A stretch of 57,198 nucleotides of DNA, from the NCBI GenBank assembly GCA_025201805.1, contig MU619302.1:66770-123967 (forward strand), written 5' to 3'. Of this stretch, positions 26,785 through 37,829 are shown in pieces. Under the pieces are notes generated by a model that saw only the letters and a list, made by a program, of their open reading frames with translations, had not been told where the DNA came from and did not search any database. Both the position numbers and the translations under genes were made by a program. Origin of the DNA: Parasitella parasitica NRRL 2501 (Eukaryota; Fungi; Mucoromycota). Every line of letters begins with the position of its first letter. Position 1 is the stretch's first letter.

Positions 26785-27791
26785 ATGTCTTTAAAATATG
26801 CTTTGAATGGTGTCATATCTGTTTATAAACCAAAAGGTTGGACATCTAGAAAAGCAGCAGATTTCGTTCAGTATGGCCTTTCAAATATATTATGGACACG
26901 TCAATCTCCACTTGGACAAAAAAATCGGCTCAAAGTAGGGCATGGTGGTACCTTAGACCCAATGGGAGAAGGCGTGTTAGGTATGTGTAATCAGTAACCC
27001 AGGGGAAGGGGCACACTGAAAAGTTCATGTTACCAAGTTTGGTAACCATGGCAACTAGATTTTGATCAACGGGTTCATCAGTTTTAGGGCTTGGAAGAAG
27101 CTGCAAACAATTGAGTAGTTACCTTGAATGCAGCAAGGTAATTCACATTTAAGGGAGCAAAATATGGGTATCGTAAATAATAATATAAATAGGAATACAT
27201 TGTGCAAGCAAAATTCGGTCAATCGACAGATACTTTTGATGCAGAAGGACAAGTGATACAAATTGGTAAAACCGATCACTTGACTCGAGAATTGATTGAA
27301 AAAACACTACCCCAATATCAAGGCCATGTTACTCAAGTGCCACCAATGTAAGATCCTATACAATGTCATACTTTATATAATACCAAGGAGGCATTGTTTT
27401 TAAGCGGTCCCATTATGGTAATTTGTCTAGTTATTCAGCATTAAAAATGAATGGAAGGAGACTCTACGACTATGCAAGACAGGGTATACCATTGCCCAAA
27501 CCAATTGAGCCTCGTAGAGTATTCATCGAGGATATCGAGTTGATCGATTTTCATGATACAGAATGCAAGCTACGCATCGTTTGTGGTGGAGGCACTTATA
27601 TGAGAAGCTTGGTTCATGACATGGCTATCAGTATGGGGACATATGCCCATATGACCGCATTGCTGAGAACACGCCAAGGTAGTTTCACAGTAGACGATTC
27701 ACTGAAATTAGATTCAACCTTTTCAGTTGAAAGCGTTGCATCTAGATATAAAGTAGCCGTTGATTACAAGGAGGGGTTTGCTACGAAATAG
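26785..27791 (+). CDS. PUS4: tRNA pseudouridine-55 synthase (TruB/Pus4), 4 exons
   Basis: VYKPKGWTS, KVGHGGTLDP (catalytic D), TDTFDAEG, PPIYSALKMNGRRLYDYARQG and CGGGTYMRSLVHD. Confidence 0.95.
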
Positions 27792-28017
27792 CACACTCCT
27801 TATTCTTTTGGTATGATATTCTGACTTTACCACTATTGTACGACCACTACACTGAAAGACTTGCTCAGAGATTTATGTACACATACACGCACACACTAAA
27901 TAGTGCAGATATTTTCTTTATCCTTTATCCTGTATCTTTTATCCTCACTTCTTTCTTTTCTTTTTCGTTTTTCGTTTTTCTTTCTTTTATTTTTGATTTA
28001 TTTGGCTTGAATAAAAT

Positions 28018-29674
28018 ATGCCTATTTACAGCCTACCATCCGAATTACTACTTCAAATACTACAACACATATTAGATTCTCCAGAGGCTTCGTCACAAGA
28101 ACTTTTACAATGCGCTTTAACTTGCAAAACTTGGAGCTATTTCGCCCTCCAGCTATTGTGGCACAAACCGCTTATACTCAAACCACAAACATGGTTGAAG
28201 TTCTCTAAAATACTTGCACTCGAAAACACATACATTGCCTATGCACCACTTGTACGACGAATCAACTTATCAGCCGTTACTGAATTTATTAGTGATGAAT
28301 CACTGCTTTTACTTTCAGTCTGTAAACAACTAGATCGTGTTACCTTGACTGGATGTACATTCATCACAGATGCTGGGCTGATCGATTTTTTAAAACGAGA
28401 TGTTGGCCGATTTCTGCTGTCTATGGATTTATCTGAAATCAAGCACCTGACTGATGAAACAGTACTGACGATTGCGGAAACTTGTAAGCGGTTGCAAGGT
28501 CTCAACTTGAGCGTGAATCCAGTCAAAGAAGAGGAATGTCATGGGATCACAGATAAAAGTATAGTCAAACTAGCTGAGAATTGCAGAGATTTAAGAAGAG
28601 TAAGGAGCAGCCTTGTTAAGGAGTTCTTGATTGTATTTAGGAGTTTCTTATATATATATGTATGTTTTTTTTCTATTGTAGATCCGTTTGTCCAACTGGA
28701 AACTATTGACTGATGAATCGATTTCGGCATTGACGACATACTGTCCTACCTTACTAGAAATTGATGTTGTTAATTGCTCAATTACGAATCAGTCTCTCTT
28801 GAATATCTTTGACCGTTGTCGAGAATTACGAGAACTCAAATTAAATCAGTGTGCTTATTTATCTGACGATGGATTCATTAAATCAGCACTTGCGAAATCC
28901 CTGCCAGATCGAGTCTATTACGATCAACTCAGAATACTGGAGCTCACAAATGTGTTTGGAATCACAGATAGAACAGTGGATTACATAACACAAGCCGCAC
29001 CGAAGATTCGCAATTTGGTGCTTAACAAATGCACCAACTTGACTGATCTCGGTGTGGAGTATCTCACTCGGTTGGGTCGCTATTTGCATTACATTCATTT
29101 GGGCAGCTGCAAGAACATCACGGATCAAGCCATTATCCAACTGACGTCTAAATGTACCCGTATTCGATACATTGACTTGGCCAGTTGCCATAAATTGGGA
29201 GACGACACGGTAGTTGCCTTGGCAGCTTTGCCAAAGCTCAAAAGAATTGGATTGGTAAAGTGCCACCGCATCACTAATCGTGCTATCATGGCACTCACAA
29301 GAAATGCACGCACCAGTGTATCACTTGAGCGCATCCACTTGTCTTATTGCGAACAATTGACTGTGCAAGCTATCTCTGTTCTTGTCATCCATTGCCGCCG
29401 CCTCACCCATTTGAGCTTATCATTTATACCCGCATTCCAACATGAAGAATTCCAGAGGTTTTGCCGACCACCACCAAAGGAATACAATTCTGAACTGCAA
29501 CGAACATTCTGTGTATTCAGTGGGCAGAATGTTCATGATTTACGCAATTACTTCAAGTCTTCAGCCTACCTCAATAACAGCGACTTTGGAAGACGATTGC
29601 ACTATGCACAATCTATACAGAGTAGAATCGATGAAATGAGTGAGACGCTACAGAACAGGCTCTTTGTACAATAG
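28018..29674 (+). CDS. GRR1: F-box/LRR SCF substrate adaptor (Grr1-like), 2 exons
   Basis: F-box LPSELLLQIL; cysteine-containing LRRs; Grr1-typical LPKLKRIGLVKC, LERIHLSYC and FCRPPP..FCVFSG. Intron 28600-28681. Confidence 0.9.
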
Positions 29675-29832
29675 CTTCCGGAAACCACATCATGAACAAT
29701 CCGGACAGACAATTGATTCCAGACCGGGATTCGAATACCCTACATAGTCCTATAAAAATAATCCTCCCAGAAAAAAAAATAAAAGAGATTCTCTCCTTCT
29801 ACTAGTCAAATCCTTTCAACTAAGTCTTAACC

Positions 29833-30672
29833 ATGGGTGGTAAATATCATTGCAATCATCTATCCATCCGTCTTGAAATAAACTAATCCATCACGCCCAC
29901 ACGCAAAAAAAAAGCTTACAAATATCTTGAAGAGCTTTCCAGAAAGAAACAATCTGATGTTTCTCGTTTCTTGCTTCGTGTAAGATGTTGGGAATTCAGG
30001 TACAATTCAGAATCCTTGTATTCTATTTAGGCTTGAATACGCCTTGATTTCACAGTAAATCAAGAGTTTACCAAATTCATCCGATGAGCAATAATTGTAC
30101 TTGAACTAAAAGGCCCCATTCTGGTTTTTTTTTTTTATTCATTTTGTAGACAATTGAATGTCATTCATCGTGCATCGCGCCCTTCTCGCCCTGACAAAGC
30201 TCGTCGTTTAGGCTACAAGGCCAAGCAAGGTTTTGTCATCTACCGTATCCGTGTTCGCCGTGGTGGCCGTAAGAGACCTGTCCCCAAGGGTGCTACCTTT
30301 GGTAAGCCTGTCAATGAGGGTGTTTCTCAGCTCAAGTACCAACGCTCTTTGCGCTCGACTGCTGAGGAACGTATCGGTCGCAAGTGTGCCAACCTCCGAG
30401 TTTTGAACTCTTACTGGGTTAACCAAGACGCTACTTACAAGTACTACGAAGTTATTCTCGTCGATCCCTCCCACAAGGCTATTCGTCGTGATGCCCACAT
30501 CAACTGGATCGCTAACCCCGTCCACAAACGTCGTGAGGCTCGTGGTTTAACTGCCATTGGCAAGAAATCTAGAGGTCATGGCAAGGGTCATCGCTTCAAT
30601 AACACCAAGGGCAGTGGTCGTCGTGCTACCTGGAAGCGCCGCAACACTCTTTCTCTTCGTCGTTATCGTTAA
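29833..30672 (+). CDS. RPL15: 60S ribosomal protein eL15; exons 29833-29839, 29915-29999, 30150-30672
   Basis: [58 protein letters not shown]...NTLSLRRYR. Confidence 0.98.
29995..30105 (+). promoter_or_regulatory. Candidate structured cis-regulatory RNA element over the RPL15 intron-2 5' splice site
   Basis: 13-bp stem 29995-30007/30093-30105 encloses three hairpins (see findings). Confidence 0.55.
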
Positions 30673-30730
30673 ATCATAATAAATTTACATTTCCGTATCA
30701 CTTTTTGTACATAGTAAATAACCAAAATGT

Positions 30731-31032
30731 TTATTTCTTGTCTTTTTCTTCTAATGCACGGAGCAATATTTTGATGCGGTATTCTGCCTTCTGGTTTTGG
30801 ATGCGCAATTCTTTGATTTCTTGAAGCAACTCTTCGTTGTTGCCATCATGAGTTATGGGTTGATCGTCTACAAGATTATGTTGGTGGCCAAAAGCTATCT
30901 AGGAAAGTGGGAGCTTTTCGTACCTGATTTGTTGATAATACGCCTTAGTTGATCAACTTGACGTTGTAATGCTTCTATAGCAACATTGACAGGCGTGCTA
31001 CTAAGGAAATGGGTTTGCCCTTGTTCTGACAT
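30731..31032 (-). CDS. Small two-helix coiled-coil protein, 81 aa, 2 exons (absent from ORF track)
   Basis: Exons 31032-30924 and 30867-30731 with a 56-nt GT-AG intron give MSEQGQTHFLSSTPVNVAIEALQRQVDQLRRIINKSDDQPITHDGNNEELLQEIKELRIQNQKAEYRIKILLRALEEKDKK*. Confidence 0.8.
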
Positions 31033-31605
31033 TGTCGATTATTAAAACGAGAGAAAAAAAGGTTGTCAATCAGTATTGATTTAGACAGCATTTTAAAACA
31101 ACGGGGGTCCAAATCCATAGATGTCAACAAGACCCTTTTGTTCATTGTTCCGTTGTTTAGGGTTGATTTATAGGCGTAGTTTGAGGGAGATGGTTTGTTT
31201 TATCCACAGTTACTATACTATGCTGATTTTTTCTTTGTACAAGGGGTTTTATATAGTACTCTACTTTTCAATTATATAAGGAGCATTAGGAACAAGTGCA
31301 AACAGAAACAAGGTAGCTACAGCAACTAGTCCATCATTTTATTCACTCCTATTTTCTATCATGGAAAATATAAGGTATCATACATTTGCTATATACTGCA
31401 TTATGCATTTATATATACACACAAAAAGAACTAGAAACAAGGCATTTTTATTCTCGTTAAGCCGCCTTAACTCGCAAATATTTATCGCAGAGTCGTTAAA
31501 TGTATTATCTATATTAATTCTATTATTGTTTATTAAAGATGCCTTTATATTGGATTTGCATTTCCTGCCTTGATTTCCGATATAGGTTCAATCTATTGCA
31601 TTAAA

Positions 31606-31646
<41 letters not shown>

Positions 31647-31656
31647 NNNNNNNNNN
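31647..31656. other. Assembly gap within poly-T
   Basis: 10 N flanked by T runs. Confidence 1.
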
Positions 31657-32120
31657 TTTTTTTTCTTTTCTTTTCTTTTGCCAGATGCAGGGTCGCTGCC
31701 CTTTTTCTTTTAATTCCTAAAGATAATTAGTATGGGCCTGGATGCTGTTAGATATAAGCTTTTTCAGACGTATTTATAAAAGCCTGGTTTCTGTGTGTGC
31801 TACGTTAAATTTAAGATGTATAACACAAAGCATCTATTGTGCCAGTTTGAATGAAAAATGCTGTGATACATGTAATATTTTCTTTTTTATCTGATATAAT
31901 TTATATATAAATTGTTTGCCCCTCTTTTTTTTTTTTAAAAAAAAAAAAGTATATATATATACATAATAATACACATTATAAAGATTTCCCCCTTCCTCTT
32001 CCTTCTCTTTTCTATAGTTTTTTATTGTTTATTTTCAACGATTTATTGTATAAGAAATTACCAGCTAGTTTATCAAATTATCGAGAATAGTAACAGGTAC
32101 ATACGGAAAAACAGACAAAG

Positions 32121-35100
32121 ATGGAAGGACCAGCTTGTACAGGTTGTCATCTTATTATCGAAGAAGGCTCAGTGATAGCATTTGGCGATTCAATATTTCA
32201 TCTGAAATGGTAAATAGGCTAGAGATCAACTTGATCAATCGAAGATTAACATGCTAGTAGCTTCATTTGTGCGAAATGTTCAGATCCTGTGGATTGCGAG
32301 TCAAATCTACTACTCTTGACTAATGGGAGACCAGTTTGCGAGAGCTGCTCTTATTGCTGTAACGCTTGCAAACAAGTGATTCGAGATGAAGCCATTATGA
32401 CAGGTATGCGTACATGGACACAGTATCTTTGTTCAAAGAAATGCTAATAAATACACAAAAAGGCGACGAAGCTTACCACGCAGAATGCTTTCGCTGTGTG
32501 TCATGCAGAAAAAAAATTGACGATTTAGTATTCACCCAAACTAGCAAGGTACAAGTGCTTTACACAATCATCCTTGACTACACACACTCAAGATTTCTTA
32601 ATTAGGGCATTCATTGTACACCATGTCATGAAAAACGCAGAGCCGAAAAACAGCGAAGAAGGGCAGAGAGAGAAAAGAGATTACAATTAAAGCAGCAGGC
32701 AAAGGAGTTGCCAACTATTTCATCTGCTGATACCACTACTTCTCCTCTTGCTCAGGTAAATGACAACATTAAATATAGGAGAAAAGACGTTGAATTTTTA
32801 ATATGTGTCTGTAGCCTCAAAAGAAAAACCTGCTTACTACTGCTACTACCACCACCAGTCGTCTGTTTGATACGCGGTTGGTTGCAGACTATATGCAGCA
32901 CCCATCAAAGAGAGATCCACCAACACCATCTCGTTCCCGTAGCAATTCAGTCGACAATCCCCCAAAAATGCGCCTGATAGGGCCGACTCCCTCACGATCT
33001 GAAGTTGTGTCAAAGTCACCCAGCTCACCTCCTTTATCGATTGGAGACAGCAAGAAACCTAAATTGACTACATCTAGCTCACTCACAGACATGCCATCCC
33101 TCAATCTTTCATTTTTCGATAATGAATCCTCTGACCTTGTCAATTTGACCAAGAAGCTGGGGGCCAACATCTCCATGGATATCTACGGCAGCCAGCAAGA
33201 CAAGCAAAACGCTGTTGCCGTGCCTGTGATTGTCAAAACCACTGAAAACATTTCTCGTGCTTCGCAATACCTTGAGTCCTCCCTTATGACTGACGAGTAC
33301 GACTTTTCTCGTCCTCCACCTATCGTTACTGCTGCTGCTTCAACAACAGACTCTATTGATGGTAGATCGAGTTTGTCAATTTCAACAACATCATCGTCAA
33401 CCGCCACCACAAACCAACTGCGCACAGAACTTGATGCCACACAAGCTAAATTAGCAGCTATGCAAACGGGTTACACCAAGATCAAAGACGCCAGTCGCAA
33501 AGCTTTGGAAGAGTTTACACATGCTAAAGAGGAGTTTGCAAAGGAAGTGAGTCTTCGCCAGCAGCAAGAGTATACAATCGTACAGTTGAAGCACCAGCTG
33601 CATATTGCCTATCAAGCAAAACAGCTATCGAGACCAGAGCTAGCATCCATCACCAAAGAAGAAATCGAACATGTGGCTAAGATCCGGGTGGAATTAGACA
33701 GGACCTGCAACGAGCTCAAGACCTACCGTAACATTTTATGCAAAGATATTGAAAGCCTATCAAAGCAAGCTGGTCTTGCGGCTATTCATGATGCTTTGGT
33801 CTGTGAAATCAAGTCGCTCAACGCTGACCGTGACCAAGTGCGCAAGGATACCAAATCACTGGAGGCAATTCGTGATGATGTGCTACATGAAATGGTGATG
33901 CTTAACACTAAAAATGCCGAATTGACAGAGATGAACAATGATCTATCCCGCCGTGTTACTGAAAGAGAAAGAGAAGCTGCTGCTGTCATGGCTGGCACAT
34001 CGTTTCTGTATTCACCATCTCCCAGCCTCTCCTCCGAGCTTGGTTCCCCCGTCCTACAGCAGCAAAAACCCAGCGAAACCAACATTCTTTACCATCACCA
34101 TCACCATCATCATCAACAACAACAGCAACAGCCCAAAGTCTTTAAACTGAAAAAGAAGGGCAACATGTTTGCAAAGTTGAGTGGTAAAAAGGACCCGGCT
34201 GCTCAGCTTTATGGCCATGGCAATCTCACAACCTCCAGCACGTTTAGCCTATCACCAACGCCAGAGTTTTCATCCAAGAAGCAATCCTCAGAAAGCACCC
34301 ATTCGCATGAGTCTCACACGTTCTTGCCCACTTCCTTTTTACGGCCGGTCAAATGTGATGCTTGCGGTGAGAAAATGTGGGGATTGTCTGAATTGCGCTG
34401 TCAGGGCTGCTCATATTGCACTCATGCCCGCTGCCTGCCTAACGTGCCTCAGCTATGTTACGGGTCTCAAACAACAACTAGTTTGGAATCACCTCCAGCC
34501 GCAGACGATGTTGTAAAGCTATTTGGTAGCGATCTTGGCGAGCGTTCTCGATACGAAGATAGGCCAATTCCTTTGATAATCGAGCAATGTATTCAAGCTG
34601 TTGAAACACGAGGCATGGATTATGAAGGCATCTATCGAAAATCAGGGGGTGCTGCACAAATGCGTCTAATTCATCAGTCTTTTGATTCTGGCGATCCTAT
34701 CGACTTGGAAGACGATGACTCTGTCAATGATATCTGTGCCGTAACAAGCGTCCTTAAACAATACTTTAGAGAATTACCTGACCCCCTTCTGCCGTTTAGT
34801 CTTTACACTCAATTCATTGATGCAGCGTGTAAGTATCCATATGCTACATACCTTGTAAGCTAAAGTATTAACGACGCCATCTACAGCAAATCAGGTGGGG
34901 CAAAAAAAAATAGACACATTTGTTGACCTCCTGTCTCAACTGCCCAAGGTCAATTACGACACGCTTCGTTTGCTGATTCAGCACTTGTACAGGTAACTAT
35001 ATTTTCGTCGCAGATTTCGAACAAGACCATCCCCACATATTAATATCTATTTCTCTATATAGTGTTCAGACACGCCATAAGGAAAATCTGATGACAACAA

Positions 35101-35231
35101 AAAATTTAGCCATGGTCTTTGGACCGACATTGTTGCGCGATGTCGAATCAAGCCGTGATCTGGTTGATATGAACTACAAAAACGCTGTTGTTGAGTTCCT
35201 GATAACGCACGCTCACGATCTCTTGCCTTAA
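32121..35231 (+). CDS. Rho GTPase-activating protein (LIM-LIM-coiled coil-C1-RhoGAP; Rga-like), multi-exon
   Basis: LIM CTGC..FHLKCFICAKC and CNAC..YHAECFRCVSC; C1 domain HTF..CDAC..CQGC..HARC; RhoGAP EGIYRKSG, LKQYFRELPDPL and NLMTTKNLAMVFGPTL. Confidence 0.93.
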
Positions 35232-36522
35232 TTTATATTACTAATATGCTACCAACTCTTTATCTTTATATGCTAATTTCTACTGCTAAACTCTCTCTCT
35301 CTCGTATACCATATATACATAATTTATATATATGTATTTTATTTATTGACTATCTTATCATCTTATTTTATCTATTATTACCACTACTTGACCTCTCATT
35401 CAATACAATTACATAATACCGTAATACTGTCTTTCTTTTTCATTCATTTATCCAAAAGAAAAGTTGCATGAAATACTTTTATATTGAATAGTGCTTTATT
35501 TCATTTTTTGGAACATGAAATCCCATTTCTGAAAAAATACACTTTTCCAAGGGGGGTTACATACTGGCTTATGTCTGCTCCATCCACCACAAATCGACCC
35601 TGTAGTTTATCTTGCTAATGTGCACGAAGTTGCATGTTTAAAAATACGTAAAATCCAGATATGCAGTCTATCAAAAACAAGAAATCGATATATGATGCGA
35701 GAAGGTCCTAAATGATACACTATCAAATGTTTGTGTATGTCTGGATGACCATTTCACTTTGTTTTGAATCTTTCAATTTCTCGGCGATATCCCTTATTTT
35801 GTAAATTATAGATACGTTACAGTAACTTTTCAGCATTTTGTTGATAGAGCCATTTTTACGTACCATTGCCATTTCAACGTACGTAAGTACGTCAAAACGT
35901 ACCCCTTGAACAAAGCCCATTACTTGGTAAAGTTCCAAGCGTAAAGGGACGTCTACAGCTTTCAATACTGTCGCATACAAGATATAGTATACACAAAACA
36001 GGCAAAGTTGATGTTTTCCTGTACATCAGCTCCAGATATAAATAGCTGAATGCACCTGTTTGATGGTTGATGTGAAGATATTTCGCCCATTCTCACAAGT
36101 CATAGACTTTCGATGCTAATCTAGTTACTCATTATAGCTTCGAACTAACGCACTGTGCAACAATCTTTCTGTGCATTGCTGATTACACACCTTATTTTTA
36201 GTTCCAGCGTAAAAGTTTTTGGTCGTTTGAATCCAGTGATATAACTTGCATTGGAAAGTAATTTATCAAATTACCTTGATCTATCATATAATTAGACATA
36301 TGCTAAGGAACCCACTATTTTGTACCCTAGTTTTGCGTTGATTCAAACGATTTGAAACACAAAATGATGTTCAACTTAGATTATGCACCACCTAATAACA
36401 ATCATAACAAACATAACAGTGCATAAAAACAATCAACACCGTAAAATAAAATGCAATTTTTACACGCGTATTTATCATCATTCCCTCTTCTTTCTCTCAC
36501 ACAGAAAAATCATATTTTGAAC

Positions 36523-37420
36523 ATGGCCATTGAAGTTATTGGGGCTGGACTTGGACGTACAGGTACTAGCAGCTTTTGCACAGCCATGGATACCTTGGGG
36601 TAAGCAAGCTTAAACTGAAAGTACTATGTGCATACACACTAACAGCATCCATAGATACAAATGCCACCATATGAAGAAGCTTTTGACTGGAACGTCAAAT
36701 CAAGATAGCGAGCCGTTTTACTCTGCCTTTTTGATTAAAAAGAAGGCCGAGTTGGATGAAAGAAAGATCGAGTTGAATAGCAAAAAGGCCGAACTGAGTC
36801 AAGAGATACCTAATCTGGATCAAGAAATAGCTAATCTGGATCTAAAAATCGCTGGCCTGGAGAAAGAAATGGCCAATGTGAATCTAGAAAAAGCCGATTT
36901 GAATAAAGTCTATGAGGGCTACGCCGCTGCTACAGATTGGACAGGTGCTTATTTCTACAAGGAACTTTTAAAGTTGAACCCTGATGCCAAGGTAATCTTG
37001 ACAGAGAGACCTTTTGAAGAGTGGTACACATCAGTAGAGAAGACTATTTATCGCGCTGTTACTGAAAAGGAGGAGGCAAAGCCTGATAGTCCATATTACT
37101 TTTTTGGTCAGCTTTGTCGAAAGATGATCCTTGATGGCAAAATTGCAGATAAAGAGGCGTTTTCGGATAAGGAGGCTATTAAGGCATACTATGACGACCA
37201 CATACAAAGAGTCAAGGATAATGTACCTGAAAAACAGTTGTATTGCTTGAAACTTGGAGAAGGGTGGGAGGGACTTTGTAAATTCCTCGACAAACCTGTT
37301 CCTACAGAACCCTACCCTAATCTTAACTCTTCGGCTCATTTCAAGAAGAGATTTGATGTCAAGAATACTGATACAGACGATAGCAAAACTCCTGTAGATC
37401 TCTTAGTCGGCCAGTGTTAA
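36523..37420 (+). CDS. P-loop sulfotransferase-like protein (Sulfotransfer_4 type) with internal heptad-repeat insertion, 2 exons
   Basis: IEVIGAGLGRTGTSS..LGYKCHHM, PDAKVILTER..WY.S and EGWEGLCKFLDKPVP..PYPNLN. Intron 36600-36653. Confidence 0.9.
36740..36907 (+). repeat. Eight degenerate 21-nt coding tandem repeats
   Basis: Units KKAELDE, RKIELNS, KKAELSQ, EIPNLDQ, EIANLDL, KIAGLEK, EMANVNL, EKADLNK. CTAATCTGGATC recurs 21 nt apart. Confidence 0.8.
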
Positions 37421-37829
37421 TACTCTAAGGAACGCAGATCAAAGGGCTGTTGGGAATAAAAGTTTATTTTTCACATACCAAACACACACACACACACACA
37501 CTCTCTCTCTCTCTCGAAAGATCAATAGCCCCTCTGAAAATCTACCCTCCAAATATGGGATCTACTAAAAACTGCCTTATTGTACTCCCCGTAAAATGTT
37601 TTCAAGGCAAATTTCCAAGTGAATTTTGTCAAGTTTATGTTTGAATGTTCAGTCCAGAGGGACATGAGCTCTCCTTAATCGTCGTAAATGAATGTTAGAC
37701 ATTTATATGTGACTTATCCAATCTCCTTTTTTTGTACTGCAATGCATAACAGTTTGTTTAACTTTGTTCCTTTATTTTTTTATTATTATTATTTTTCCTT
37801 TTGATTGAGTTTTCAAAAAGACTTTCATT

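Noticed and set aside
26981-27081. snoRNA in PUS4 intron 1
   Set aside because: Only a 7-bp hairpin; no convincing C/D or H/ACA arrangement.
35723-35980. 85-aa minus-strand ORF
   Set aside because: Non-ATG start, no motif and no consistent exon chain.
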